Shown in pieces: positions 1 to 15,300 of a stretch of 64,000 nucleotides of DNA. Each line of letters opens with the position of its first letter. The stretch's first letter is position 1. The stretch covers positions 8,141,919 to 8,205,918 of the forward strand of contig CM082584.2 of the NCBI GenBank assembly GCA_040954595.2. Direction: 5' to 3'. The notes below the pieces were generated by a model. That model was not told the DNA's origin. It saw only the letters and a list, made by a program, of their open reading frames with translations, and did no database searches. The DNA is from Balanoglossus misakiensis (taxonomy: Eukaryota; Animalia; Hemichordata). The position numbers and the translations under genes are program-made.

Positions 1-85
1 ATAAACAGCATGTGCTGTATCATGTGTTTGGTAATAAATCGTTGACCATACTATTAATTTCTAGTCAGCTATGGGGTACTAAAGA

Positions 86-230
86 GGGAAATCCCTATCA
101 CCGCACCATTTCTTCGGTAAACAACCCCGTTTCTGAGAAATTGACGTCGATTTCGTCAAATTTACGCACGTATGACAGCATGATATCGCCGCCAAAAGCA
201 ACCGTGGACCTCGTCCCATGTTCGGTAAGT
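86..230 (+). promoter_or_regulatory. Putative promoter or non-coding first exon: NF-kB site, STAT site, CRE-like site and splice donor
   Basis: GGGAAATCCC at 86-95, TTCTGAGAA at 131-139, TGACGTCG at 142-149, gtaagt donor at 225-230, in a CpG-rich patch. Confidence 0.35.
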
Positions 231-3200
231 AGGTTCAAGTATTTTTTCATACAGCATGTACTTTAAAAATGTGGACTTCGGCCTGCCGCACTACCTTGTC
301 CTTGTGTAGTGTAGTGTGGGCTGGGCTCAACAACTTGTCGATTCATGACTACGTGTATACACGACACCCGGGCACGATGGATTTAATCTATCCAAGGGCA
401 GTAGTTGTTCGGCGCAACCCAATCATGGCAACGCGACTGTTCGTCGTGTACAGCTAATGCGAAGCCGTCCTTGTAAAGCGTCCGAGCCATCGCTGCTACG
501 ATTGCATAACCAATGCATATAACGGGACCTAATTTAAATAGCTGATTAGAAAGGTCACGGGGTCATCTGGTTATATAACTGTAGATTACATAATATTATA
601 AAGCAGGCAATTGTGTTGTCTTTGGCGAATTTGAATTACACCACGTGAGACATGCAGTTTGTGGGCAGACGCTGGGTTAATCTTCTCATAGATGTTGTTG
701 ATGTAAACAACAAGAAGATGCCGAACATGGTTCTGCTTTATTATAAGGTCAAAGGTCAATGTGAATAGGGACTAAAGATTGGCTTATCTTGTCACAATCA
801 TCAGGATTAGTTTCACATGGGGTTGGGCCTAGATGTGAACCCAGCATAAATGGAAATGCAAGCATTTATGTTAGATCGGCAGTCAGAAATCTCACATTTT
901 ATTCCTATATTCATGAAAAAATCATATGGATATAAATTCACTCACATAATTTCCATACATTGTAACATCCCAAAGGTTGCCACTGCCTGCCACCTTTCTT
1001 GAAAGCGGTACATTAAAATTTTAAAAAAAATTACACGCCTGGCATCAGTGACCCAGGACATTGTACCCATCACTCTTGTGAAGACATGAACGTACATGTA
1101 TGTACGTATGGTTCGGGTGGTACAATAGTCAATGTTGACCCCTTTTCTCCCACTCAGTGCATAAGGTTACGTGAGTGTATAAATCAGGGCTTGGCTTGTT
1201 ACCTTGAAGTGCTGGGTAATATATTATTAGCCGCGCCATGGACGTCCATGGTCGCGCCAATTCCGAAGTCCAACACAACATTAACAGTGATTGTTTTGGA
1301 GTGAAGAGTCAATCTCCACGTACCTGGCCCAGGGGTGTTGTGTAGCCCCGTTGTCAAATAAAGGGCAACAAATTGAAAAGCAGCGCGTGAAAGTCCTTGC
1401 CAGTGACCAGACGATACACAGTATATAGCATGATGTAAATGTATCTAGTGTTGTTACTTCGTAAATCATTTTTTTATCGTCATGTACTGGTAAAGTGACA
1501 ACTCTCTCAAACACGGACAGTGTAGTAATATCAACAAGCTCTGACTCCTACTCAGACAGACTCGTACGTAACTTGTAAGCTGTGTTAACCCTTTCACCCC
1601 AAGAGTGGGTGTGGACTGGACCATAGTGGTGAAAGAATTAAGACATCCTTTTGGAAGTATTACAGTAGCTGTTTGTCATATTTATCATATATAAAATCAA
1701 ACTGCATTTTACCACAGAAGAGACAGAAAATAAAACAATCTGGAGAAGAAGAAAAAAGTGTACTTTTTAATATGCTGTGTCTTCTTTTTTGTTAACAGCC
1801 ATTGATTATCAATCAAATGCATGACGACGGTTTCTAAGGGAGACGTTTAATTATCCCCTTTGGGATTAGCAGAGGGGCTGGCTTTTCCCAAAGGATCTAT
1901 TATTTAGGCGCTACCCACAGGGGAAATATGCTGGCCCCAATTGGCTCTGGCATAAACGGCGGCGTGTTAGCTACTGTTATTAATTGTTGCTGCACATCTG
2001 CTAAATTAATGTAGCAGTTGTGACAAAATTTCGTGCGTGGGAAATTTTATCGCTTAGGAAAATTTCCCGTTTTACAGTACCTGATGAAAAAAAGACTTAC
2101 CTGTACGTGTACAAGCATTCTGCCTATGACTCCCGGGCTATTGTTAAATTCTTAGTGTACTAAGTGCGAGTGAAATCGGGACTTCCCCATCACTTCACCT
2201 GATCTCCCCTCTCGACATGGTGAATTAACCTGATATGGGGACACGGGAGTGTTCGCCAGGCCACATGATGCAGTGCTAATACCTTGAAGCGAAAGTCACC
2301 GAAAAAACACAATGCTTGAAGTTAAACAAAAGTCAAAACGAAGGACCTGATGGTCGCCGTACAACTTGCCTTTTCACTTGCGGCAAACACTTAATGTACA
2401 TTCAGAGACAAAAAAACAGTAGAAACCCACATGTACTTCTTTTGTGGGGGTCTCTCTTTGAGAAGGAGGGAGTTCATTGCCTGGGTTTTGAAATAAAATG
2501 ACCTAAAGCGTTGTTGATTGTTAATGCGTACTCTGCAGAAGGTGTACCCCTATGGCAGTGTGCTGTACAAAGCGTTAGCGAACCAGGTTTTTTTTTTTTT
2601 TTTTAACAACTGCATCCTGTATTGTCCTTCATGCAAACTTCGATCGGGGCTTTTGTGTTTTTAATGTGGCGTACCAATATGTTGTATGGGTGCGATTTGA
2701 ATTTGTGGTTTTCTGTCGTCAGCCTCAGCGTGCCTTCTGTGGTTCAATTTTTTATTTTTAACCACTGCCAGCGTACGAAGTACACTGCAGTCTCCAGGCA
2801 AAGATACGGGTACGTAGTATTATACTTATGCTTTATTTCTCGCCAGTACTAGTAGAAATATCAGTTACAAATTTAGTTGGATTTATTTTGAATGAAAAGA
2901 ACGGAAAAATATTGTTGGGGACAAAAGCTATATTCAGCATATGAGAAAAATTCATGGAATGTTCGATCCGCTTTTTCATGATTTTTAAAAAAATGCATAG
3001 TTAAAGTATAGTTACATTTTCAAAATGGTTGCCTTTGAAGATTATACCGGTAACATAGAGTTTAAAGAGATGTTGCAACATAATAATTCACTCGTTATGG
3101 AGCGTTATATGACTTTAAACATTAATTTGCATATTGTGATGTCAGTCTGCACAATATTATTACTAGACAAAGACTGGATTGATTATTTGTATAGTGTTAC

Positions 3201-4375
3201 GTACATGTATCTCGTTAATCCGTGTTAAACCTGTAAATTGCTTCTTTCAGTTACACAATTGATTGAGAATATACAGGTACATGTACAGGTCCTTTGGGAC
3301 ATCAGTGACATTAAAAACTGCCAGGATAAAAGCTAGGTCATCGGTTGAGAGAAATGGCTGTAAGGTGATCTGGAACAAGCTGACCACAGTTGAACGGTTG
3401 ATGGGTTGTGTATAAAAGTGCAAACAAATTCAACTTCTTGTTTGTATGGGCATGCTTTGCTTAGCTCTGCATTTCAAGGACATTGAGTTTATGTCTAATC
3501 CGACTGTTTACTTTTGAGTTGTAATAATACCCCTAACTGTGATATCATCGGTCAGAAATCCGTTGTTTGCATTCATCTTTAAAAACATTTTGACGGTGAT
3601 CACCTTTGTTGTTGGCAAAATCTCAAATTTGACTCCGAAGATTCCAAACGCGTGGGTTACATGTACGAATGCATCAGCAGGACCCCTTAGCGCGTGGGTT
3701 GTAGGCGAGAGTGGGCTGTGCATACCTGAATGCATAATTACCCGATACGTGTAATTCACCAGCAAGGTTAGTGTAGAAATAATCTCCTCAGATACAACAC
3801 TGAATAGGGGTATTATCTGAACTTCAACTGTTACACTGAAAGATGCACTTATCGTTGTACTATCATGGCTGCTGCGGGGCTGTTAGTTTTCCAAAGGCCG
3901 GGCTTAAAGCTCCATTAGCTGCAAATTTTCAGGATGTTTTCTGTATTTTTATTTCGTGTATCAATGTTGCACTTTCTTGTTTGAATTCCTGAATCATGAC
4001 GAAAATCCCAGTATTTGGCCTATCGACACACATTATGTATAGTCAACATGTTATTATGTAAAACTTGAATTCAAGTCCGGACCAGAATTCATTTGTCAAC
4101 AATAACATTGGTTGTTACACACAGGCTGTGCTTACCAGTGGAATACTGATTTTATTAGCATGTTGTTTGGAGTAGAACAAGAAACATGATTTCACCAGAT
4201 ATTGCAAGATGCAAGACCAGGGGAAAGTTCTGGAAACCTGGTGTGCGCATTTTGAAAACCTTCGTTCAATTGGTCGAAGCGTAACATCACGATAACTTTC
4301 TTTATAGTTTCTGTGACATTGATATTGTGAATGTCATTGTGCCCTATCGTGTACTTTTCAGGGTCAGTTTAAATA

Positions 4376-4390
4376 TTCCTGGAAATCCCC
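4376..4390. promoter_or_regulatory. Overlapping STAT (TTCCTGGAA) and NF-kB (GGAAATCCCC) motif
   Basis: Direct consensus match; the minus strand reads GGGGATTTCC. Confidence 0.4.
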
Positions 4391-7300
4391 GTGAATCATT
4401 TGCATTGATCCATGGGTTGCCATGTGTGCATCTTGCAAAATTGAAAGGACCCTGTTACTCTATTTTGTGCGGTTTGTGCGGGTCGATCGTCAGCAGTGTA
4501 ACGGTGCCTGTGCGTGTGTGCCCTGTTCCGTTCGGGCCTCTATTATTAATCCTTATGTCAGTTTTTCTCGCGTGTTGCAAACCATTATCTGGAGGCTATA
4601 TTTCGAGATCCCAGCGGCTTTGTGATAATTGACTGCCGGGAGTGTGCCACCTCCCTTTGTGTACTCGTGGACTCGTACATGCAGCTTGCCTTTGCTGCCT
4701 CGTTACAAATCGGATGTTCGATCGAGTGACAAAGTGTCTTTTGACTTCGGTGATTGTTTGCGTGCGACAGTGAGGTTTGTTCCCAGTTTATTGGGCTGAA
4801 CGTCTGTTGTCTGTGCCGAATTTTACGCGTGCTTAATGCTTCACTGTGATAGGTTGATAAGAACTACAAAAGTGTTGCAGACTTTGAAGTGAATAAAGTC
4901 AAAACTTATCCGCTTATTATTCCAACCTGAACCAACATTTGCTGCAAAGAAATCCACTGTACATGTATCAACAGCCAGCTACCAAACGTACGAAAGTGGA
5001 ACATAAAACATCCACGTTTTAATGAGGAGTGAAATGTCGGCGGTTCTGCATGTTTCTCTTTTCAACAAAAGGCGGTAAAACCTATTTTGAGGTTAAACGT
5101 TTTTCGTTCCAGCGCAGCTAAATCGGTCGAATTAAATGCGAAGGACGTATGCACAAGGCTGTTCAGTTTGCATGTACAGAAATGTTGTATTCTGTGTTTA
5201 TCTCCCAAACATGTGTTTTCTAAAATTATAGCTAAACTGGTGTGTTATATTTAGTCTGTGTCTGGCTGAACACTTTTCAGTTTCTCACTGTTCAATTGTG
5301 TCAACCAGGTTTGACTGATCCAGTGTTTGTTAGAAAATGTACATACCTTGGCTGCTTGTATTTCGTTGGTATTAAATTTCTTGTTTGTTTCCAATCCTTG
5401 GCATTAAATTTCGCTGTTTGTTTTTGTTCTGCCTTTTGGTGGAGAAACCTGTTGAATGAGTATGTGTGTGTCTTCCAAGATGTATAGCGCCCTCAGTGGT
5501 GAAACATAGCAAATCAGCAAGGTACACGCTCATCATAAATGTACATTTCAATTGAGGAACTTTAGAAACTAGCGTCGATTTCCAAGGTCTGTGTATCCAC
5601 AGCACTACTCGAGTGTCCAACCTCATCACGTTCCTTGTCACGTGCAGAGAGAAAAAATAACGTGCGGAAGAAAACAATCGCGGACAATACAATATCATGG
5701 CAATATGAGACTTGACATCAGATACTTCCTCCAATGTTTTCTCCGATCACAATAATGGCAAGCGACGTTGATCCAGTACATGTACTTGCCAGTTATAAGC
5801 ACTCAAGACAATAATCTGACGTACATGTACAGGTAGCGCCAAATAGAATTTTTTTTACGTTCAGCAAAGGGGCGATATTGGGCGATAACCATGTACTATC
5901 AGTCAATGTCAATGTAGTTTGGCACAGTGTGTTGTACATGTACATTAGTAAAATGCTGCATTCTCGAGTTTGTAATGAAAAAGACATACATCAGGAATGA
6001 ACGCCTGTTTTCGAAAGCCCGCCATATGGCAGAACTCCTTTGGGAAATAATGCATTGGAAAATTGAATTATACAATCTTGTGAAATATGGCAGTGTATTT
6101 GCAATTGTGATGATACCCAACAAAACAAGATTATTAGATTGGAAATTATCCTAATTCCTCCTTTCTGTTATTTTCAAGTGCACTAAGGCGATCCCATCCC
6201 AGAAGATTCAACTTGCATGTGTCTGTTGCTATCAGACTCCAAGTCCACACACGTCAATACGTTTTTCAATGTTTTTTTCAGCAGATATTCAATTCCTGCC
6301 GTGAAAATTATTTGAGAACCTCTCGGCATATAAGGTACCACATACACGAAGGGAGTCTGGTCCCTCGCCCCTTTTGCAAACATGTTCACTTTGTGTATAT
6401 ACATTGTCATTGACATATTGAATTTTTTATGGGGGAAAAAGCAATCATTTTTATGATGGTTTTTTTACTGTACTCTAGAGTTACAGACGAGCGATCGATT
6501 GCGTGGTTGCGATTGGCCTGACCTGAAAGCTCTGTTTATCATAAAACTTTATGAATGTTGTGAGAATACATATCGAAATCTGCTAGGACAACAATACAAT
6601 ATGTCAATTGTCATCAGAATTTTTAGTGTACCAATACCATGAAAACTCCCTGGCATCTGTGATATTTGTTAATAAAAAATTACAGGAACCATATGACAAA
6701 TGTCAGATCAATGATTTGTGAAGTGTTTCTCATTAGATGAAGTGTTAGTGCGATCTTTACATTTTCTGTTCTGTTCTTGGATGTCTGTGATGGTAGTGTA
6801 TCAGTGTACAGATTGCGATTGCGGTTACATTGCGATTTTTAATCAGATTGAGTGTCTCTGTCCTATTGGCAACCAATTTTTCTGCAGATATTCCGAGAGG
6901 CATTCCAATCAGGAATGCTCCTGTTTGTCAGTCCTAGTCACGTTTTTCTTCCTTCAACTTTTCTAGTGACCGACGACAAGAAAGTGCATCTTTTTGAATC
7001 CTTGGTTGGTACAGACAGCCTAATATGTCCAGTTATGTGCCAAGCTCAATTTGCAAGACACTATACTCTTTTCAAGTTCATAATTTTTTAATGCAGTTAG
7101 ATTATTCATGTTGACATTTCTAACCCATCAATTTCAGAAACCGGTGACGAAAATCATTAAACGTGAATTTTTTTTTCGCCACAACTATTATCTTGTTTAT
7201 TTGTAAACGATTTTCTATTACCACCAAGGATCCTGTTTATCATCAGAGAGAAAACAAACTCAAATTGAGATTTATTACCAGTGGTAACACTCAATCTTTG

Positions 7301-8303
7301 CTTGCAGGCAAGCTCTGAATATTTCAGCACTGTACAGCAGTGACTGGATAAATTGGGACTAATTGGGGTGTCCTTATTTCATATCATGTTCCCACTCTAT
7401 AAGCTACTTTGCAAGATGGATTGGTTGTTTTGAAAATATACAAATCCTGAAATCCCCGACAGCTTGTCCATTTAATCTGAAATCTCTGCACCGCTGTATA
7501 AATAAAATACGCCGAAATAGCAGTAGTTTACATTTCGTTTTCAACATGAACAGTAAACTGAATCGTGTCATACTTGTGTAGAATGCTCCCTGAACCAGCT
7601 GTAGCATGACTACAGTCGTAAAACAGCAATAACATCACACTCACGCACGCACGCACAAATTTTGACCAATTTGTTAAAATCATTTCCATGTTTGCGCCCC
7701 CAAATGGGTCAGGGTTGGATCATGAGAGAATTAAAAAAAAAAAAAAAAACCTTTAGATGATTACTTTTTTCATAAATTTATGTTATAAATGATGAAAGAT
7801 TTATTTATACATGTATAGTAATATTGTTATTAAAGATGTGAGGTGATTTATCATACAACTTATAACATGTACATACATGTTGACTTGATTTAGGTGACTT
7901 TTTCCCTCAGAATATACGGTATGTATATCCTAGAAATGAATTATCAGTCAATCATTTAACTTTTAAAAGAGGCAAAAAGTCTTGTTTTCATATTATGAAT
8001 TAATCACGTAAACGTTATCTATATTAATAGTGAAACGTACTGATGCATACGTTAATTGAACCAATTTTGTAACAGTGAATTCCAATTGCCTTCATTGCTC
8101 ACAACACTGTAACTGCATTGTGGTGTGGACTCGATCATGCATGTCTGTGGCGATGGCGCGACTCGCCCAAGTCGACTTTGCTGTCAGGGTTTGCATTGTG
8201 CGACTGCATGTTCTATAGTGAAATCAATTAAACGATTACAGCTTCTATACATACATTGAAAGCTGCCATTATTAGGATACCTCTCTAATCAGGACACCTC
8301 TCT

Positions 8304-8500
8304 GTTAAAGGGACAAAGTCTCTCACTCGCTGCCCCTTTAATAATGTTTGATGCAAGACACCGTTTATGTTAATCATAATGTACATGATTGTATATGTGG
8401 TGAATGAACGTTCAACCACACACAACTTCCATCCCGCTTGTATGATATGAGAGTAAAATCTCGCCCAAAATGAGTAAATGGTAGAGACAAATTATTCATT
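8304..8500 (+). repeat. Dispersed repeat family, copy 1 (TTAA-AGGGAC terminus, probable non-autonomous DNA transposon end)
   Basis: About 200 bp alignable to 12121-12315 (inverted) and 22558-22755. Confidence 0.75.
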
Positions 8501-9170
8501 TTGGCGATTTTTTTCACTCTCCAGTCTCCTGTCCCATTAAGTTACGTGTATATACATGTACATCACATAGAAAAGAGTGTGTCGTGACCTGATCTTTGCA
8601 TTCTGTTCTATATTTCATCCATGCACGATATGCCATACCGGTCTAATGGGCTTTGCTGTATGGGAGAAGAGAATAGCATATGTATGCAATTTATACAATA
8701 TGCTACATACGTTTACTTTACAATGTCGTTAAACTTACAATATTTTATATGAACACTTCATAATTTGAGTATATTCTGTCCAAGGAACATACCTACACGC
8801 TGTTGGCTATTGAAATTTCAAAATGAAGGTATACTTGTACATGTATATCGCGCTTTCCAGAAGAAAGTACACGTTGTGTAGTAACGTTTTTTTATTTGCA
8901 TTTTTTACAGTGGTGCTAATGGGCATTTACGCATGAGAAGGGGCCATTGTATTTCTGTTGCAAGATGTGCTATTGAGATGACTGCTACACTTCTACAGAC
9001 AATGAAGAAAAGGGTACGTCTTCGCTGATGTGATATTTTTCCCTCTCGAAGCGTTCCGCGCCCTTGAAAGGAACTGTAATCATCAGCTGTAGTCATCCAT
9101 GAGGCTCTGCACATATCCTGTCAAGTGCAAAGTAGAGTTTTCAGTTGATGAGTTCTCAGAAGAGCTGATG

Positions 9171-9383
9171 TACTGTAGAACACTTTATTTTCGCGAGCAA
9201 TAAATTTTCGCCAAATACGCGAGAGCCAAAATATCATGAAAATAAGAAGTCGCATAATTTTTTTTTTGAAGATAGCGATGCAGTGAATGAAATAAGAGAA
9301 CACGAAAATTAGTACTCGTGAAACAGTGGCTTCTCTCGATATCGTGAAAATTTCAACTTGCGAAAATAAAGTGTTTTACAGTA
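9171..9383. mobile_element. MITE with terminal inverted repeats and TA flanks (Tc1/mariner-like, non-autonomous)
   Basis: TACTGTAGAACACTTTATTTTCGC ... GCGAAAATAAAGTGTTTTACAGTA, a 23/24 inverted match. Related termini at 2057-2079 and from 10500. Confidence 0.8.
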
Positions 9384-12120
9384 TTAAAATGGGCAGATTT
9401 CCAGCAGATCGCTCATTATTCAGACGCAGTGTCTTGGAAAAACTTCAACCGTAGGACTGGAGTAATTGTGTGTGTGTGTGTTCCAGTTTACCCAACATTG
9501 CGTGATGAAAATTTTCTCAGAAAGGGTCGTCATGTTTTCTCTTGTATCCATGTTTTGATTTATTGTTGATTTTAGCCGTTTACAGGGTCAGTTTACTGGA
9601 AATCATCTGAAGAAAACAGTTTTATGAATTGAAAACAAAACAAAACAAAACACTTGACAAGATCAAGTATGACGTCAGAAGATTGAAAAATGATAATCAA
9701 GTTAGCGATGGGTACAGTGGACTTGTCCAGTCCCGCAAAGTCTATTGTACCCAGTGAAAACTTTTACGCCATTAGAGTAACTATAAAGTGGCATTGGAAA
9801 GGTTATCAGCCCTGTCGATTGCAGAAGTTGACTGTGGTTTCGATGATGTGCCAGTTTGGCAAGGGTACGTATCTATCAAGTTACAGTAAAGCGAGACGTA
9901 CTCTACGTGATAGATACAACAAATTACTGTGTGGGACTGATGCGCGAGGCAACATTTTGCGACCCAGAATTTTTTTAAGTTCGACATGTCATCACAGGGC
10001 CAGACTAGACTTTTCGTCGAATGTCTCTTTTGGGTTTAGAGACAATGCAGCTATCAATATTGCTGATGTATTAAAGTGGTAGCGGCTCTAAATTTGTTTT
10101 TGTTTTTTTCTCAGAAATTTTGTTCTTTGCATCAGGTGATGTAACCTCTCCTACTCCTCAAAATATTCACCCTGCCAATATATTTATGAACAGTTCAATA
10201 GATACTAATTGTCAACGTGCTAAGGGCGGCTGCAATTGATAGACTTGTTTTGCCCTGAGCACATAAAAAGATAATAATTGTGATGTCTTACATTGCGCGT
10301 ATCGATTGTGCACTCTGAGCGCTTTAAAATTATTACCCCTGGTCACTGGACCGAATTTAATTCCACCCATCTCCCCGCTGCGACACTGATTACAGCCGTT
10401 CAGCAGAGCTAAACGCACTTACTCCGTTTAGTTGGGTACTTACTCCTGGACGGGGAAAAGCAATGAGAAGTCCAAGGTCCAGTGACTCCATCTTCAGGCT
10501 ACTGTAAAACGGGAAATTTTCACGACAGGAAATTTTCATGATATTGAAAGAGGCAACTGTTACGCGACAGACTTTTTTATTTTTTGCGTATTTTTTTGGC
10601 TATTACGTAGTTCGCGAAAATTTATCGTTTGGTTCAGTGCATAGACCCTCATCCCCACCCCACCCCGACCCCCAAATCTACAGTTCTGAAACTCAACTGG
10701 TACAATGTACATACCGATACACATTGCAGTAAATTGATTATTTGCTTGTGACTAAAACCAGACCATTGATATATCCAACCTACATTGTACAGTGACCCTC
10801 AGATGTGCAGATCTTCAATCTGACATTTAGTTTTATGGCTAAGACGGCTAGTCTGTGTGTTTTTCTGCAGACGCATCTATATAGAGCCACTTAGAGTGGA
10901 TTTCACTGCATCCAGAACCCAAGAAGTGTTCTACTGCACTTTTGTTAGTAGTTAACAACCAGAATCGTCCTCCGGTGATAGATTTTGCAATCTTTCGTCT
11001 CAACTCGCCCCAGTTTTCCGTCATCGTTCGCAACTCCCTACCTTGCAGGAACCAGGTTAGTGCACACTCGTTGTAGGTACAAATCTGTCTCACTGTATCA
11101 ATTGAAGGCACTGGTTTGTTGCTTTGAATTTACATGCATGTCATTCTTCCATCCCATGTTCCTTGTAATCAACATCACTGTAGTACAACAGGGGAAAGCT
11201 GCCAGGCCGCGCGATCCGCTCTTTCCATCATCCGTCGTCATGGTATCGTCACACCCACCGTCCGTCTGCATATAAAAAACATGTACTGTGACCAGAGGGT
11301 TTTAGAAACCACCAGAGTATGCTTCTAACTTCGAAGTCACTATAACGTTCCGTTGACTCAACAAACTCACTGGGGATGCAAGACGAATTTCCATCTTACA
11401 CGTGAAAGGTACAAAGATGACGTACGCCGAGAATTTCTAGACATTCCCGTATCGACCCATAAGCTTTCAAAAAGTCGTGTTCGCTAGAGGGCACACAACT
11501 CGAATGGTGAATTTTTAACTTTTTAGATTCTTGCTCACATGTTCTGTCAAATCAGTCGAATGACTGTTCGTTGAAATATAATATTCATGCGCGATATACT
11601 GTTTGTAGATGTGCATGGGGTCAGTATGGATTCCGTCAGGGAAAGCTATTTGGGAATTTTAAAAATAACATACGGACTTAGGGAAAAGTAAAAATACATG
11701 TACCAGGTATCAGACAAAGAGCCTTGACATTTCTGAAAGGTTGTTATTTAAAGGAAGCGAATTAACATTTATATTGGGGATAGATTAGCTAGATAGATTC
11801 TGGCTGTTAGTAGATATACCTAGTACTTAATGTTTTCTTTTCTGCAAGCGAATATACGCTTTCTCAGAAGTAATCATGTTTTCTGTGTGCATGGTCTGTC
11901 ACTTTGTAAGCAGTATATTTTTTTCTATGGCCTCCAGGGTTGCGCCATTACTTTCTTTCTGCAATATACAACAGCAGAGACGGCGGTGAGTTTTTTAACA
12001 GGCTTCACAGATTGAGTGAAACTGAAAGTTGGGAGTCACGGGAGGGTTATAATAATCCACGGAGTATCCGGATCTGGAAGTATAACTCCATCCTGCTCGT
12101 AGATACGAGAGTGAAACATA

Positions 12121-12315
12121 TGAATAATCGGTCTCTACCATTTATTCATTTTGGGCGAGATTTTTACTCTCATATCCTACAAGCGGGGTGGAAGTTGTTT
12201 GTGGTTGAACGTTCATTCACTACATATACGCATGTACATTAACATAAACGGTGTCTTGTATCAAACATAATTAATGGGAAAAAGGGCAGCGAGAGAGAGA
12301 CTTTGTCCCTTTAAC
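12121..12315 (-). repeat. Dispersed repeat family, copy 2 (inverted)
   Basis: Reverse complement of aaagggacaaagtctctc...gagagtaaaatctcgcccaaaatga...ggtagagac. Confidence 0.75.
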
Positions 12316-15300
12316 ACTATGCAATTAACCTGCCTCATAGAATAGAACAAGAAACCACTGTATGATACACAAAATCGCAACGCTGAAAAAAAATTGCCAA
12401 AAGTTACAGATAGTGGACCTATTAGGTAGAGAGAATTGAGTGTGGATCTCAAACTGGCTGACCATAGCCTGTGCTAAGTACGGTACATGTACATTGTATA
12501 TCAGGTTAAATGTGGTTGTAAAATTTCAGTTACTTTTTTGTTTAGCGCATGCGAGGATATATACGAGTCTATAAATTTTCAGTATGAAAGAGGTAAGCCT
12601 GGGTTTGCTGTACAGTATATGTCACCAAGTACCAGCAACTCTTACTGGTAGAAGATGAGATAGTCGTTTATGGAATAAACATACCACACTGATACCACGG
12701 CTAGGCAACATTAACAATATGATACATGTGCATTGTAGGGGCATATTACGCCCTAGAGTGTTGCAGTTTTGCCAGAGCACTTTTTAATTTTTGTGTTTTT
12801 CCTGTTCGAAGGGGAACGGGCAATTTTTATACACCTTTGAAAGCAGACATGACGGTTACCTATGTAGCTTGTGCTGTGTTTTGAGAATGGTGCTGATGAC
12901 CACCATGCTTTGTGCTAATTTTGCTAATCTGCTGAGAGCCGGTTTTATCCAGAATGCCTTCGTCCTGCAGAAACCTACTTTTGCAGCCAAAGGATACAAT
13001 ATAGCCTTTCAGATTGCGTGAAATTGATTTTTCTCGTGAAATATAAAATAGCCTTACTGTAACTGCAGGGTTACTGTCGCCCTAAGTCGCTGTGTATTTC
13101 TATGTTCCTGTTCTTGCAAGGAAGGGTGATGGTGGAGAGATAGGTAATTAATTTCAGTTTTATTTCATTTTCTGATTGTTCGATGCTCTTTGTAAATATA
13201 AGGCTATAGTTTCATGTCAAAAATTGGGGCGGGGCCAATAGTACGTCTTGAGAAATTAAGAGTCTTTATTTTTCACGTCTGGTTTGGCGATAGGCGAAAA
13301 CATGTCATTAAGCTAGTATGTGATTGTTAAGGGCACTGACAATGCGATTTTATTCAACCGTTGAATTTCATTTCGTTTGAGCTACGTGCAAAATTGCACG
13401 ACAGAGTATAGTAGAAGTAGTGGGTTACCAGCAATTTTCAATCCAGTCCCAAAGTAAGAGACAAATTCAGTGTAGTAGTGTGTGTGTGTGCATCCTTGAC
13501 TGCAATAGTCATCAATCTATCTGTACACCCATTGTATACATATAATTGCCATAGCATACAAATTGAAGAAATAGCATTATCGGTGTGATACCCTGATCGG
13601 CAATTTGAAGTGGATGTTATCAGCGTTAATGACCAATTTCAAATACGCGGTTATTTTACCTTTTATCAGCATTTGCAAATCTTTATCCACACATTTCATC
13701 GGCAAATTGATACGTCCTCCATCACAGAAATTGAAATCATTTTCTGTTTCGCGCGCTATCTGCGATCACCATCATTTAATTGTGCATGCCACCATGCGTC
13801 CCTGGCGTGTGTCATAGGTCATGGACATGTTGCAATGACAGTGTATGACAGTGCTGTGAGGGGGGGGGGGGATGTTACAAGGTCAATGTCGGATAAAAAA
13901 AATTAAATCCCTTTTTGTTTGGGGGTTGGCTGATGTCCCCAAAATGTTTCCTTGAATAAAGTAGTTTATTAAAGAAAATTCAAAACGTCAATACTGACAA
14001 GTAGTAAAGTTATTTTTTGTCAAAGCCCGTAGCCCACCCATGCAATTCGAAATAACACTGAAATAATGCATTAACATTATCTTTAAACTAAGAATGATTT
14101 TTTTTAATCTGATGTTGAACTTTTGACATCACTCAAATGATCAAGGTTATAAAGACATTCATTTTCTTAATCCAGTGCACCTTTGCTTATAGGTCATTGA
14201 CAAATGTTCAGATATTTTCTTGGAAATGTTATCTTTTTTTTCGCCCAGGGCTGGAAGTTTTAACCCTTACCTCCAGGCAGGGATTGTTTTTCTCACACTA
14301 TTTTGCATTTGGGTGAAATAGCTTGTCAATGAGCTGAATACTGGGAAAATGGAGTGAAAGAGAGTTGTGGCTCCCTGCAGAGACCCTTCAAGTAACCATG
14401 GTTTGTTCCGAGTGTATTAGCCTGCACGAATGTAGAGACACACACATACACACACATTTTATTTCCACAGTTGACTGATATGTATAACAGGGTTCATTCA
14501 CTTCTTGAAATCTCCTAAGGGGGAATATTTGAAAGTACTTAAAATTGGAAAAAAAAAATATTTGTGTACTCTTTGAGAATGAAAGAATGACACTGAAGAA
14601 AAAAAATGACAAAACAACTCCTGAAACATGGAATTTTTCAGCCAAAACTCTTCTGAAAAAACTTCAAGATTGTCGATACTGATGTAAATTCCTACAAATC
14701 TTTGTAAACAGCTAATGGAGCTTTAAACTTGCTGTTCAAAGTCTGTATAATAAGCTGGGGGCGTCTCACACTCATTGCGACAGAAATGCACGATTGAAGA
14801 CTTGTGTCTTCGGTCTTTCGTTTTGTTCCGAGATTTTTTGGCACTCAACACGTTGTAGCTGTCCCCTTCTTCTGGGAAAACTCTTTCTTTATGAGGATTT
14901 TCATTTCTGTCTCCGAGAACTAGGAAGTGGGAATTCGTTCCCTGGAAGCATGGTGATTTATCGTCAGATACTGTCAGTGTCCTTGATTAGTGGTGTCATT
15001 GAGTGGGACGAACATTGAAACCTTCCTTTTAGATTTGACCTGTTAAACACACCAGGAGAGACATAAAAGCATGGTTCTTTGACAGAAGTAACGTGTGTAG
15101 GTCTGGAAATTGATTGCATTATAGTCATTCGTCTTGGAGCGCTAAACCGTGTAGAATCAGCATTTATATCAGATTGCCACGAGTTTTGGACGCTTCTAGA
15201 ATAATTTGAGGGCCTGGAAACCCTGGGTGCTGGGGGAAGGAGTAGGCGCACGGCCCTCGATTTTCTGTTTTGTCAGTGTCACCAGGAGCCAGTGCTCTTG

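Noticed and set aside
2057-2079. NF-kB-like GGAAAATTTCCC
   Set aside because: Part of a MITE terminal repeat whose reverse complement also occurs at 10500, so it is not counted as an independent site.
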